A DNA stretch of 64,000 nt from Eledone cirrhosa (Eukaryota). The notes beneath the pieces are model-generated. The model had not been told where the DNA came from. It did not search any database and worked only from the letters and a program-made list of their open reading frames with translations. The first letter of the stretch is position 1. The number at the start of each line of letters is the position of its first letter. Location of the stretch: NCBI GenBank assembly GCA_964016885.1, contig OZ024742.1, forward strand, positions 317,316,001-317,380,000, in the 5' to 3' direction. This document shows, piece by piece, positions 14,851-26,803 of this stretch. Made by a program: the position numbers and the translations under genes.

Positions 14851-15458
14851 TGGTGGCTGCCAACTCGTTTTCGAGTACGGCCACTACTTTATATCCATGT
14901 AGGAGAACCCCTACCGATGCGCTGAACGAGTGTGACTTTTTAGTCCAGCCAGCGACTTGAAAACTCCGGCACAAACACTACACTTGTGACAATTATTGAC
15001 ACAGTGTACATGGTACCATGTGACGACAAGTGCAGAGAGATCTCCAGATACAAAGCAATGCCTGTGCCGTGAAGCTTTTATAGTGAGCAAAGGCACTGCA
15101 CAAAGCCAGTCCCACTCTCTTAACCAAGATGATATTTACCAAAAAGAAGAACAAGTCAACATCATTGGATACCATCAGGGTTGCAGGTGTTATATCAGAG
15201 TTTTCCTTCTCCTAGAATTCTGCCTTGACAAAGGCTAAGGGGTCATCTCTCCCGGTGATTTTAGATGGCCATTGACTCTTAATAGCTCCTCTGCCCTTTG
15301 ACATGTTTTGTTTTTAGTCCTGCAGGATGTCCAAAGTCACCCTCCTCACCAAGAAACCTTGGTGGGGTTGCCAGTTTAGTCGCCAACGACCCGACCATGA
15401 GACAGGTTGTACTGGGATACATGTTACCAGTAGCATCAAGTGGTGACCTGACATAACG
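14851..15458 (-). mobile_element. Non-autonomous bipartite RTE-derived retroposon, copy 1 (longest)
   Basis: Near-identical to 41424-42007 and 55091-55518. The 5' part aligns with the RTE 5'UTR at ~40930-41160. The 3' part encodes [23 protein letters not shown], like the RTE C-terminal finger. (TGTA)n tail. Confidence 0.88.
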
Positions 15459-15522
15459 TACATACATACATACATACATACATACATACATACATACATA
15501 CATACATACATACATACATACA

Positions 15523-15585
15523 TGATGATGGCTGCCCCCTCGTTATCGAGTATGGCCATTGCAGGAGACAATATATATATTGCAG
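15523..15585 (-). mobile_element. Orphan 3' terminus of the RTE family
   Basis: TGATGGCTGCCCCCTCGTTATCGAGTATGGCCATTGCA is identical to the RTE end at 53318-53354 and is preceded on the + strand by (TACA)n. Confidence 0.85.
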
Positions 15586-15598
15586 TTATTATTATTGC

Positions 15599-15650
<52 letters not shown>

Positions 15651-16553
15651 TGCATTTATCTTCCTTTATGTTTATACGAGTTATCACCAAGTCACAACCA
15701 GTGACCTCAAGAGACATCAAGGTCCGCCATGTTCAAGAAAGAACACACATATTCACACATGCATCCTTAGTGTTTAGACTTGTGATGTACTTATATTGAC
15801 AGGATCTTCCTTAGTATATGGGCAGTGCCCATTAGTACTATCTTTTGTATTTCTCCTATACGCGGGTTTCCTGGGATTTGCGATAAGTAGTCGTTAGACC
15901 CCTTAGGTATCATTCCCAGAGCGCCTACAACCACTGGTATTGTTTTAGTTCTCAATTTCCACATTTTTCCAATTTCTATCTCCAGGTCCTTATACTTGCT
16001 CAATTTTTCAAATGTTTTTATAGATACATTCTTGTCTATTGGAACAGACATATCAATTAGCAGGCATACCCTCCTTTGAAAGTCCTTCAATATTATATCA
16101 GGTCTATTTGCATCTATTTTTCGGTCTGTTTGGATGCTAAAGTTCCACAAGATTGAGATGTGATCTTTTTCAAGTATGGGAGGTGGTTGATGCTCCCACC
16201 AATTCCTTTGATGGGGCAGGTCAAAATGCTTACACATTATCCAATGTATGTATTGTGCAGCTCTGTCATGCCTGTTTAGGTATTCGGTTGGAGCTATAGG
16301 ACTGCACATTGAAATTATATGGTCAATGGTCTCTGGTTGTTTTTTGCATACACGGCATAATGGGCTGCACCCATTTTTTATTATGTTGGCTTGGTAATTT
16401 TTTGTTGGCAGACACTGATCTTGTGCCGATATAATCAGTCCTTCAGTCTCCGATTTCAGTCCAGAGGATGCCAACCACTGATGGGTTAAAGTTTTGTCAA
16501 CATCAGGATTGTTAGCTCGCTCTGGGTATTTTCCATACAGAGGCTTTTCTTGC

Positions 16554-16557
<4 letters not shown>
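15651..16557 (-). mobile_element. R4/Dong-like RLE retrotransposon family B, 5'-truncated copy B1
   Basis: ORF 15791..16474 has CCHC (CRVC...HIISMC), RHD and the RPD...IDMSVP...K RLE motifs; (TTA)n on both sides. Confidence 0.92.
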
Positions 16558-16617
<60 letters not shown>

Positions 16618-16826
16618 GGCGACCTACGTAGGAAATCGTATTATCGTGAGCTCCGCAAAGGTTTGTTATTTTCGTTTGTTTAAAAATTGCCATTTATAGA
16701 AAATTTTATTGTAAACTGTTTATAAGCACACATACATTGTTTTCCGAAAAGGACACCCAAAAAGATTGGGGTCTTGTGCCCAAAATTTTAACTTTTATTA
16801 TTATCCAAAAATTTCTTTGAAAAAAA

Positions 16827-18817
16827 ATGGCTAATTCCCCTCTGCACGAAGCAGCTGAAAGCCTTCCTCACAAATTAACACCTCACACCGACACCACCAT
16901 TGTAAATGTTACTACGTTTGCCAACACAAAAAAAAATATAAGCAGTAGCAATATTTTAAATTTGTCTCAGGCAGACATTCATTTCCCGCCATTACCAATG
17001 ACTGCAGGTGTTAAACCCTCCACCACCACCACCACCGCGACAACCACCACCACCACCACCACCGCGACAACAGAAACAAAAGAAGAAAAAAATAAATTAA
17101 CTCGTGACGTCGAAATGAAATCAAGCAAAATGGACTCTTCCCCACCAAAGACGACTGACGTCACCACCACCACAACTGAAAATAAAATTAATATTAACGA
17201 TAGCAACAACAACAACAATGACATTATAAAACCGACCCTCAGTTTCGCCATCGTAGCAAAACAATTCGAAGCGTTCACGGTAACTCAAGAAGATTTAGAA
17301 AATGCCAAACAAATGGTAAAGAAAGATGGGTACAGGGTCAGCCTCACCCCCCCCCCCCCACCTAATAAAATGGAGCATCGGCGCCTGTGCACCGTGTCGT
17401 ATAGAACAATAAATGTAAAATCGCGCCGAGTGGAACGGGCATCCGAGTCCCAAATCCAAAAAGCTTTGGGACATGTGTGGGCAAGAAAAACCCACATCAG
17501 ACGTGGGCAAAAGTATGGAACCGTGGATGTGTTCTTTGAAACACCAGAGGAGGCTAGAGAACACTCCATGGCCCCATTAAAAAGTGACGACTTCACACTC
17601 GTCCCAAGCTATTGTGGCCAGAGACTCGTAAAGATCAGGGTGACCCACGTTCCACCGGCCATCGAAATTCCCTGGCTAATAGCGGCTGTCATCGCCGGCA
17701 TCGAGGCCAACACGAAATTAATAACAATAGCAAAAGAAAAGCAGGAAAACTGGTCCGGATCTGGGATGGAGCTCCTGATCCAAGCGGACCAAAAAAGCAT
17801 TGAGGAGATCCCAGAGGTAATAGACCTCACTGACGGCAGCCACCTCACGGTAATTGTCGAGGGCAGAAGACCTAGGTGTGTCGTTTGTGGTGAAGGAACC
17901 CACCTAAGGGCTTTCTGCCCTCAGACTAAAAGGTTGAGGCCACCTCTCCTACCCACCCCAGTGACACAACCATCAACACCACCAGTAGCAGAGATGCCAG
18001 CAACAACTGTAGCAGCAACAACAGAAGCAACTATAACAGCAACAACCCCAGCAACAGTAGCAAAACCAACACCACTACCACCACCAGCAAAACCAACACC
18101 ACCACCACCCAACGCTTCAGAACTAGCACCAGCGCCTACACCATCCACCACACCACAACCAAAACTAACGGCTGTGGAGGATTTTCCACTCCCCGGCCTA
18201 TCACAACTGGAGACAGATTGTGACGACGAGGAGTGGGAAACGATATCCGGAAAAAAAAAAGAAACCAAAAAAGAAAAAATTCTCTTCCTTCCCCCTCCAA
18301 AAACAAAATACAGAGGGAAACAAATAAACTAAGAAACAAAAAAGTTAGGACAGATATGCCACCATCCACACCAGCATCACCAACCCCATCAACCCAAACA
18401 CCAACACCATCACCATCATTAACTCCAACACCACCATCACCTACACCACAAAAGTCACCAAAATTCGAAACAGAAACAAACCCACAACAAACGCAAACAA
18501 AACAAAACAACCAAAACGATACACACTACACAGCATTAAATTTGAACAACAAGCAATTATTACACTACATCCAACACAACACCAGCATCACAGAAAAAGA
18601 CTACACAACAACCCCAAAATTCACACCACCTCCACACATACAAATCACTCGCATCACACAGAAAACGTACATGACACTAAAACAAAAATTCCCCAAAGAC
18701 ATCGGAGACTTCCGACAAGCACTCTCCAGGAGGATTTATAAGGACATCCTTCCTGAGGAGGCCACAAGCAGTGAAAAGGATGGAAAAGCCGTCCTTCCCC
18801 TACGAGAAGTAAGGTAA
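16827..18817 (+). pseudogene. Tx1-like ORF1 (gag-like, CCHC zinc knuckle), frameshifted near the A-run at ~18255
   Basis: CVVCGEGTHLRAFC knuckle; Thr/Pro-rich flanks; continues in ORF 18233..18817; homologous to ORF1 at 31560-33279. Confidence 0.85.
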
Positions 18818-18851
18818 GTGGTCTTTCCCATCTTTTCCACTCCTTTTCAAC

Positions 18852-21800
18852 ATGACCTCACTCAGAATAGGCAGCATAAATGCGTGTGGCTTGGGGTCGT
18901 CATGGAAGCAGGGCCACCTGCTCAACGACCTCAGGTCACTAAACATAGATGTAGTGGCCATCAGCGAGACCAGAATCTCCGAAGCACAGGCTTTCGCACC
19001 GATCTTCGGCGGCTACGGTGTGTACGCATCTCCCAGCCGTCCGGGATCGGGGGGAGGAGTTGCTGTGCTTTTTAGGAGAGGTTTGGATCTTGCCATACGG
19101 GCCATCTTCCTGGACCCAGAAGGTAAGTTGGTGGTGCTGGACGTGACCAGCGGAGACGGGCAAGCTTTCAGGTTAGTGGCCGTCTATGCCCCGACAGGAG
19201 CAGGGCGGCCTGATTTCTTCCGGCGTCTGGAGACCTTTTTTGGAACGTCCCGCTCTTTAGTGTTAGTGGGCGACTGGAACGGGATCTTAGATGCACGCTG
19301 GGATTGTGTGGGATTAGTGGATAGGGAAGGAGGGTGCAAGAGTCTCACCAACCTGCTCAGACGTTTTGAACTGTCTGACAGGTACCGAATGGATTTCCCG
19401 AATGTACCAATGTGGACTTGGACAAATCGCATAGGGTCATCCAGATCATATCTAGATAGAGTATTTTGTAGGGAAATAGATAGGTCTAGCATAGGCTGTC
19501 CACAATTCAAGATAGTCAGCTACACGGACCACAAATTCGTGATCTGTGTGCTTGACTTAGATAGGCTTCATAGACGAGGACCCGGCTACTGGAAGCTAAA
19601 CGCGTCCTTACCAGCGCGCAAGGCCTACAGAGACCGGATTAGCGAACTAGTTAAGCGGGCGTTGACGGGGGCCATCGTCAACAACAAGTGGTGGTTTGCT
19701 CTGAAAAGAGCAATTAGAATAGAGTCCATTAGGTTTAGTAAGACTTTAGCAATAGAGAAAAATAGAGCAGAGGGAGAACTAGTTAGAAAATTAGATGAGG
19801 CGCTTAGCAAAGGCATCGCGACCGACGTACTTGCGGCGAAATTGGCCCTTGACCAATTCTTCAATGCAAAGCACGAAGGCTGCGTTGTCAGAGCTAGGGT
19901 GCGTGCTCTCAGACACGAGGGGACGAAAGCCGTTTAATGGGCCCGAGTGGCGGAGGCGCGTCGTGGCAACAAAGCCACGATCCGGTCTTTGGTGGACCAC
20001 GACGGGCGCATGCTACTCGATCCCGGGCAAATGTGTGAAGCTTTTCAGCGACACTTCGCTCAACTGTTCGGGGGCAGTGGCGGGCCGGATTGAGGGATGG
20101 ACTTTAGTGTCTACCTCGACGGACTGCCGCGGCTCTCGGCCACTGAGGCGGAGTGTTGCGAAAAGCCGATAACAACCGCTGAAGTACGGATGCAATGACT
20201 AGTTGCACAAGGGGTAAATCGCCTGGTTTGGATGGTCTGCCCTATGAACTTTACGTACAAATGCCAAACTTGTTCGGAGGCCTCTTGGCGGACGTCTACT
20301 GCAACTGGCAACAGAACGGGAGAATTCCCAGCTCTGTGAGCCGAGGAGCGGTGGCACTGCTGAGAAAGGATCCGAACAAGGGGGATAACATAGATAATTT
20401 TAGGCCCATAACTCTGCTAAACACAGAGTTCAAGATTTTGGACAAGGTGCTAGCAAAGAGGTTGGCGCTTGTCGTTGGTGGTCTGGTGGGAGAGGCACAG
20501 ACATGCGCCATTCCCGACAGATCCATCCACGACAACCTCCACCTCATGCGATACATCGTAGAGAGGGTAGCTGGAGAACCTGGCACGGGTGGGTCTTTGA
20601 TCAATTTAGATCAGTCGAAAGCCTTCGATAGGGTCGACCATCGTTACCTAGCGGCAGTCCTGAGGGCGGCTGGCTTTGGGCCCGTCTTCAGAGGCTGGAT
20701 CGCTGCCATGCACAATGACATCTGCTCTGTAGTGAGAGTGAACGGTCACCTTTCGGAACCGTTCAACATCATGCGCTCGGTCCGCCAAGGATGTCCTCTC
20801 TCGTCCCTATTGTACGTATTGACTCTCGAGCCATTACTGCACAAACTGGAGACGTTGAGGGGGGTCCCGCGCGAACTAGGATGCGGAAGATCCGTGTCAG
20901 CTATGCCGACGATGTCACCGTAGTGGTGTCGAACGCCAAACACATCGAGGCGATCGGCACTACACTAAGAGAATACGAAGCGGTGACAGGAGCAATGATC
21001 AACCAGGAAAAGTCAGTGGGCCTGCAGCTCAGCACCTGGAGAGGCAGGTCCATGCCGTCCAACAGCGTCGTCGGGCGCTGGACGGACGGACCGGTTAAAT
21101 TGCTAGGGGTCTGTTTCGGTCCAGACCTCCAGACGGACAAAAACTGGGACGAGGTGACGAGCAGGGTGGCTTCTCTCACCCAGAAATGGGCCGAGAGGAA
21201 GCTATCCCTGAAAGGTCGAGCGGAGGTGGCGAATGCGTACATCGCATCCGTCATCTACTACCGCCTGACCGTCGTACCTTGTCCTAAGCCCCGCCTGACT
21301 GCGCTGGAGCGTTTGCTCTTTCGCTTCTTGTGGAAGGGACGCGCTCCGATGGTCAGGCGGTCCATCTGCTGTCAACACCCGCTACGTGGAGGGCTGGGCA
21401 TGCCGTGGCTGATGATGCGCAGACACGCGCTCAGGCTACGACATCTCCACCTCTTCCTCGACGGTGATCAGGTGTAGTCGTCGTTTGCAAGACACGTTTT
21501 TACCCAGCTCGTCTCCTTGACGGAGCTGCAGTCCTGGGTCAAGCGAAGACCGAGAGGGAGCGCTTGGAGACTGGAATGTCTTCAGGCGCTCACAGCCCTC
21601 GACCAATCGGGCAATGTGATCGGTGGAAACTCCACCTTGGCGTTCTATAGGGGATTAGTGGAGGGGAAGAGCGACGACGTACTTGGAGAAACACTAGGCG
21701 TCGACGAAAATCAACTAGCCAATCTCTTCGAAAGGACTTTCGGGCCAGGGCCTATGGACAACTTCCAGAAATCCCTGGCCTGGCAGTGCTACCGAGGAGC

Positions 21801-22270
21801 TTTGCCAGTTCGGGATAAACTCTACAGGCATGGAGGTGCCGTCAAACCGGGCATGTCCGAGATGCGCGCAGGGCGACGAAACCGTCCTGCACGCACTCGT
21901 CCAGTGTCCGAGCATTGCTGACTTGTGGGTTTATGTCGAACACCTGCTGTCACGTGTAGGACGGATCCAGCTATCAGTTGAGTCCATCGTGAGGATTGCC
22001 CCGCCCCCTTCCTTTAGCCTGGAAGGGCAGGCAGTTTTTATCTGTCTGGTGGCCATGGCGAAAGAGATAGTATGGTGGACACGTTTGAAAGGGCTGAAGA
22101 CGAGCACTTACCTCTTCGGTGATGCCCTGATTAACTTTTTCAAATTTCATTTGAAAAGGAAAATCAGGGTAGAGAGGGAAGTGCTCTCTTCCCAGCATTT
22201 TGTTGAAAGATGGGTGAGAGAAGCAAGTATGGCCCGAATGAATGGGCCTTCTCTGAGTATGTGTCTGTAA
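18852..22270 (+). pseudogene. Tx1-like ORF2: APE endonuclease, reverse transcriptase, C-terminal CCHC; several stops and frameshifts
   Basis: GSINACG, ISET, VYAP, GDWN, LDRVF, YTDH (APE); KSPGLDG, FRPITLLN, KAFD, RQGCPLS, YADD (RT); CPRC...HALVQC. Confidence 0.93.
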
Positions 22271-22512
22271 ATTAAAGGTGGAAAACTGGGAGAGGGCACT
22301 TGCCCTGGTGGTCAGGGCCACTGTGGTCTTTTAATGGGCTTTCTCCACAAATGTCCCTTGGAAGTCTCCCCCCTATTGGGGAATTTTTCTTTGTTATTTT
22401 ATTTCAACCTCTGTTTTTTTACACGCAGAAATGCCCATTTGTACCGTCCTGTATTGTCCTGTACTGTCCTTAATGTCTACTTTATGTGAACCCTTGTGGT
22501 TAATAAAGAAAA

Positions 22513-22552
<40 letters not shown>

Positions 22553-25500
22553 GTTCTTTGAGTCTCAGTCATTGATGTTAGTTAACTGGAAAGTTTGTTG
22601 AAATGAATATCAAGCCACTACCTGCAGCCTCAGATATTCAGGACGTATCGGAGGGTTCTTGCTGTTCCCAACAAGCATGCCTTTTGAAGCGTTCCAAAAA
22701 GCGTGGCTGGGCCAATTTTCTTTAACCATCCCTGGAAACTTTTTGAGATAGTACCTAGTGTGCCTATGACAATCGGGACCACTTTGACTTCATGGCAGTT
22801 CCAAATCCTTTTTACCTCCCACTTTAAGTCCTGGTGTCGGTTAATTTTCTCCCTCTCCTTCTCTTGCACTCTCGTGTCAAATGGGCAGGCCACATCCACA
22901 ATCAGGCACGATCTTTTTTCTTTGTCCAAAACCACCAGGTCAGGTCTATTGTGTTCCAATTTTATGTACGTCTGTATCCTAAAATCCCACAGCACCTTCA
23001 CCTGATCGTTTTGTATCACCGACTCTGGCTTATGCTCAAACCACTTCTCAGAATGTGGTAAATTGTTTACCTCACCCTGCCCATCACATCATGTCTCCAG
23101 CCCATATAGTGAGTCTGGGCTAGATGTTTACACTCGGATACAATGTGACCCACAGTCTCATCTCTCTCTCCACAGATTCTGCACAGTGGGCTAGCCTCCT
23201 CCTTGTAAATATGGTGTTTCAACCACTTCGTTTTGAGGGCCTGCTCTTGCGCAGCCATTAACATTCCTTCTGTATCCTTTTTAAGGTCTCCTCTTTTCAA
23301 CCAGTTCCATGTCTGTGGATCTCTGAATTCAGTTTCTCAAAGAAGGTACTATGAAGGGATTTTTCAGTCACGTATTTGTGTAGGTTGTTTTTCTCCATCT
23401 GAACACAGTCCTCTATGCTGATAAGACCTCTTCCACCTTCAGATCTCCTTAAGTAGAGTCTATCGACATCACTCCTCTTGTGGAACATGTTGTAGATAGT
23501 CAATAGCTTCCTAGTCTTCCTATCCATTTCTTTTTGTTCAGCAACATTCCATCTCAGAATTCCCGCACTGTACCTAATAATAGACACAGCTCGGGAATTT
23601 ACTGCACTTATGGCATTCCTACTGTTCAGATGTGACTTTAATACGCTCCTTACTCTCCGAATGTATTCAGTTCTTATCAATTCCTTCATTTTTTTGTTCT
23701 TGATCTCATCAGCCTCCAAAACACCCAAATACTCGTATCCTTCTTCAGAGTCAATTTCCTTTATCATCTCACCTGTTGGTATCTGGATTCCGTTACTTCT
23801 GCTCAACCTACCCCTCCTCATCACAATGACTCCACACTTACTAATACCAAACTGCATACATATATCACTGCTGAAAATACGGACAGTGTCAACAAGCACA
23901 TCCAACTCCTTCTCACTCTTCCCGAAGAGCTTAAGATCATCCATGAAGAGGAGGTGATTGATGGTAAGCTCTCCCTTTCCCAACTTGTATCCTGCTCTCA
24001 CTTTTCGAAGTATAATGGCCAGGGGCATCAGGGCAAGGACAAACAACAGAGTGTACAGACTATCTCCCTAGAAGATACCTCTCTTGATCTTCACTCCTCC
24101 CAAGGAATCTCCAGCTGATATTAACTCTGTTTTCCAGGACTTCATACTTTTGCCCAACAACTGTCTGATGTTATCTGCCACGTTGAAGATCTCTAGGCTT
24201 TTGGTGATCTAAGAATGAGGCACCATGTCAAATGCCTTTCTGTAGTCTATCCATCCCATGGCAAGACCAGTGTGTCTCCTCTTCCAATTCCTCATTACCA
24301 TCTTATCAATAAGTAACTGGTCCTTTGTACCACGGGACTTCTTTCGGCATCCTTTCTGTTCGTCCGGTAACAAGTTGTTTGTGTAGAGGTGATGGTAGAT
24401 TTCCTCAGACATAATGCTTGTCAACAGTTTCCACATTACGCACAGACATGTGATAGGTCTATAGTTGGTAACATCATTAACCTTGATTCGGTCTTTCATT
24501 ACCAGAACTGTAGTACCTTTTGTCAACCACTCTGGTACCTCACCTGACATCAAGCAGTCATTGAACATGGTTGTCAGTTTCAGGTGGAGGGATGTTATAT
24601 TTTTAATCTAATACCCCTGCACACCATCTGGGCCTGGTGATTTCCAGTTGGTTAGTTTTTTGGCCTGCCCCTTAAGAGTTTCAACTGTGATACTCAAATC
24701 AGTTTGTTGGTGTGCCTGTTCACTAATCTCCTTTTGTACTGTCTCAATCCAAACTGTCTGGTCAATATGTTTAACATCCTGCTCCCATATTCCTCTCCAG
24801 AAGGTCTTAGTTTGTTCCGCCTCAGGGATCAAGTCGTTGCCTCTTTCTTTCCCTTCAGGCTGTCCAAACAGCATCTTCTGGTTGTTGTCAAACATGCGGT
24901 TCTGTCTATACTGACTGACTCTGCTCTCGTATCGCCTAATTTTTGCACTCTTTGCTACAATGCGTTGCTTCAGTTCCTCTATGATAATATTTAGCTTTTA
25001 CCTCCTAGTTTTGTACTTTATCTCCAGTCTATTTTTAGTGTCTATGTTTTTTAGTATCCCATTCAGTAGGGACTCAAGCTTTCCAATGTCATTTCTCATT
25101 TCCCTGATTCGAGCATTCAGTCGTTTCTTCCACCAAGGCTCTGATCTTTTTTGTTTGTTGTTTCCTCTCGCTTTTATGCCAAGTAATTTCCTCACCACAT
25201 TTGCTGGTGCTTTGAGGATATTGTTGCACTGGTGAAGGCTCCTCGCCTCAAGGTATGGGATGACTTTGTTTACCTTAGCTGTTGTTTCTTTTAACTTTTT
25301 CCTGTCTACAAATCTTAGGTTCATAGGTTTCCCACTATCATTGTTCAATTCATCTACCACTAAGTTTAGGATATCAACCAAATCTTGTCCTAGCCCGTCA
25401 GCATTCATCTCCTCAATGGCCGTATCTTTGTTCCAGGTATTATTTATTTCAGCATTCAGATCATTGTCTGCTTCGGATGGTTCCTCCGTTCTCTCAACCT

Positions 25501-26786
25501 CTTCACCTTCATTTCCCACTGGCTCGTTTGCCTGGCATACTCCACTCTCCATTTCCAACCTAATCTCTCTGCTCAGTTCCTCCAGTTCCAGCTCGCTTAT
25601 CCACACATTAGTTCTTATTACCCGAGCCTACCCGGCCAATTTTTGTTCATCTAATTTAAATAGACCAATCTCGTTCCAGATGTTATGCATCCGTTTCCTA
25701 TAGCCTTTCTCCTTGGGGTTACTCTTCAGGTAACATTGCATAACAGTTCTATTCAATTCTTTCGTCCAGTTGGTTCTGGTCCCTTTCCTTCTTCTTCTAC
25801 CTCCGACACCAGCAGTATTTGGTTGACAGCCAGGTCCCTGCTGCTGAGCCAGGGAGCACCTGCTGGGTGAGAGTCTGTCACATGACATTCCAGTCTCCAC
25901 TTCACCGTTATTCGAACTGTTTAGGTTCGACATTTAAACACTCTTATCGAGGATTGGTGAATGTATGGTTGCATAACCACCGGTGATTTTTTTGTGTGGC
26001 ACTATCACGCTGTAGACGAACATAAATAAACAAACAAACAAATAGGTAAAAAAAACAACCAAAAAGAATAAGCATAAGTTTCATTGTAATGTAATGTTTG
26101 AATGTTTGACTTAGTTTTTCTTTTCCCTTCTCTGTCTGTCTGTTTGTTTTTCTTTTCATTTTTCTTTCCTTTACGTTTTTCGTTGTTGCTGTGCTGCTTT
26201 GATTTTGATTTTTGTTTTTTTGATTTTTTTGACAGGGTCATCAAATCAGTCTATTTATATCTTTTGATACCTTCCTCTTTTAGTGGGAACACTACGATGC
26301 ATGTCTTAGCAGGAGGCAGTGGGGAGAATAGCGGCAGTAGTGATAATGAGGCAGTGGTTGTGGTGGTGGCGGTGCTGTGCTAGTAGTACTTAGCAGGAGG
26401 GAGTGGGAGAGAATAGCGGCGGTAGCGATAATGAGGCAGTGGTGGTGGTGATCTGATCGTAGTACTGTAGTGATGGTGTTGAAGTTGAAGTAGAAATAGA
26501 AGTTGAGGTAACTTGACTAGAGCTTTTGGCTGTTCACATTTAGCTATTTAGCCATTTTGCCATTTTCCTCTTTTTCGACTATAACATTTCTGATCCAAAA
26601 TTAAATATTAAATATTGGGGCCCTATGCCGTAAAGTGATGCGTTATGGCTTGCTGAGCATTAAAACTGTAATCTTATTGTTCATTTGTAATAAGAATTAT
26701 TCTATCACAGTTGTTTTAAAGAAGTAAAAATCAAAAACTTACGGGAGCGATTCCATAACGATATATATCCACCATGTGCGTTTTCT
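22553..26786 (-). mobile_element. R4/Dong-like family A, apparently full-length copy A1 (frameshifts and internal deletions)
   Basis: ORF pieces from 25933 to 22630 are colinear with the 1038-aa ORF at 59422..62538; FMDD RT, CCHC and RPD RLE motifs; ~850-bp 5'UTR; (TTA)n on both sides. Confidence 0.92.
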
Positions 26787-26803
26787 TTATTATTATTATT
26801 ATT

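Larger units (their letters stand above)
16618..22513 (+). mobile_element. Full-length Tx1-like (L1 group) non-LTR retrotransposon, copy 1, decayed
   Basis: 5'UTR, ORF1 with a gag knuckle, ORF2 with APE-RT-CCHC, AATAAA at ~22502; flanked by (TTA)n at 16557-16617 and 22514-22552. Confidence 0.92.

Noticed and set aside
14996-15238. Conserved ~80-aa ORFs in all three derivative copies as a small gene
   Set aside because: Conservation follows from copy identity; start codons vary, ORFs occur on both strands, and the region is homologous to an RTE UTR.
15240-15458. HDV-like or twister ribozyme at the 5' end of the derivative
   Set aside because: Partial stems and a GAGGAGGG motif are present, but the required pseudoknot cores could not be fitted by eye.
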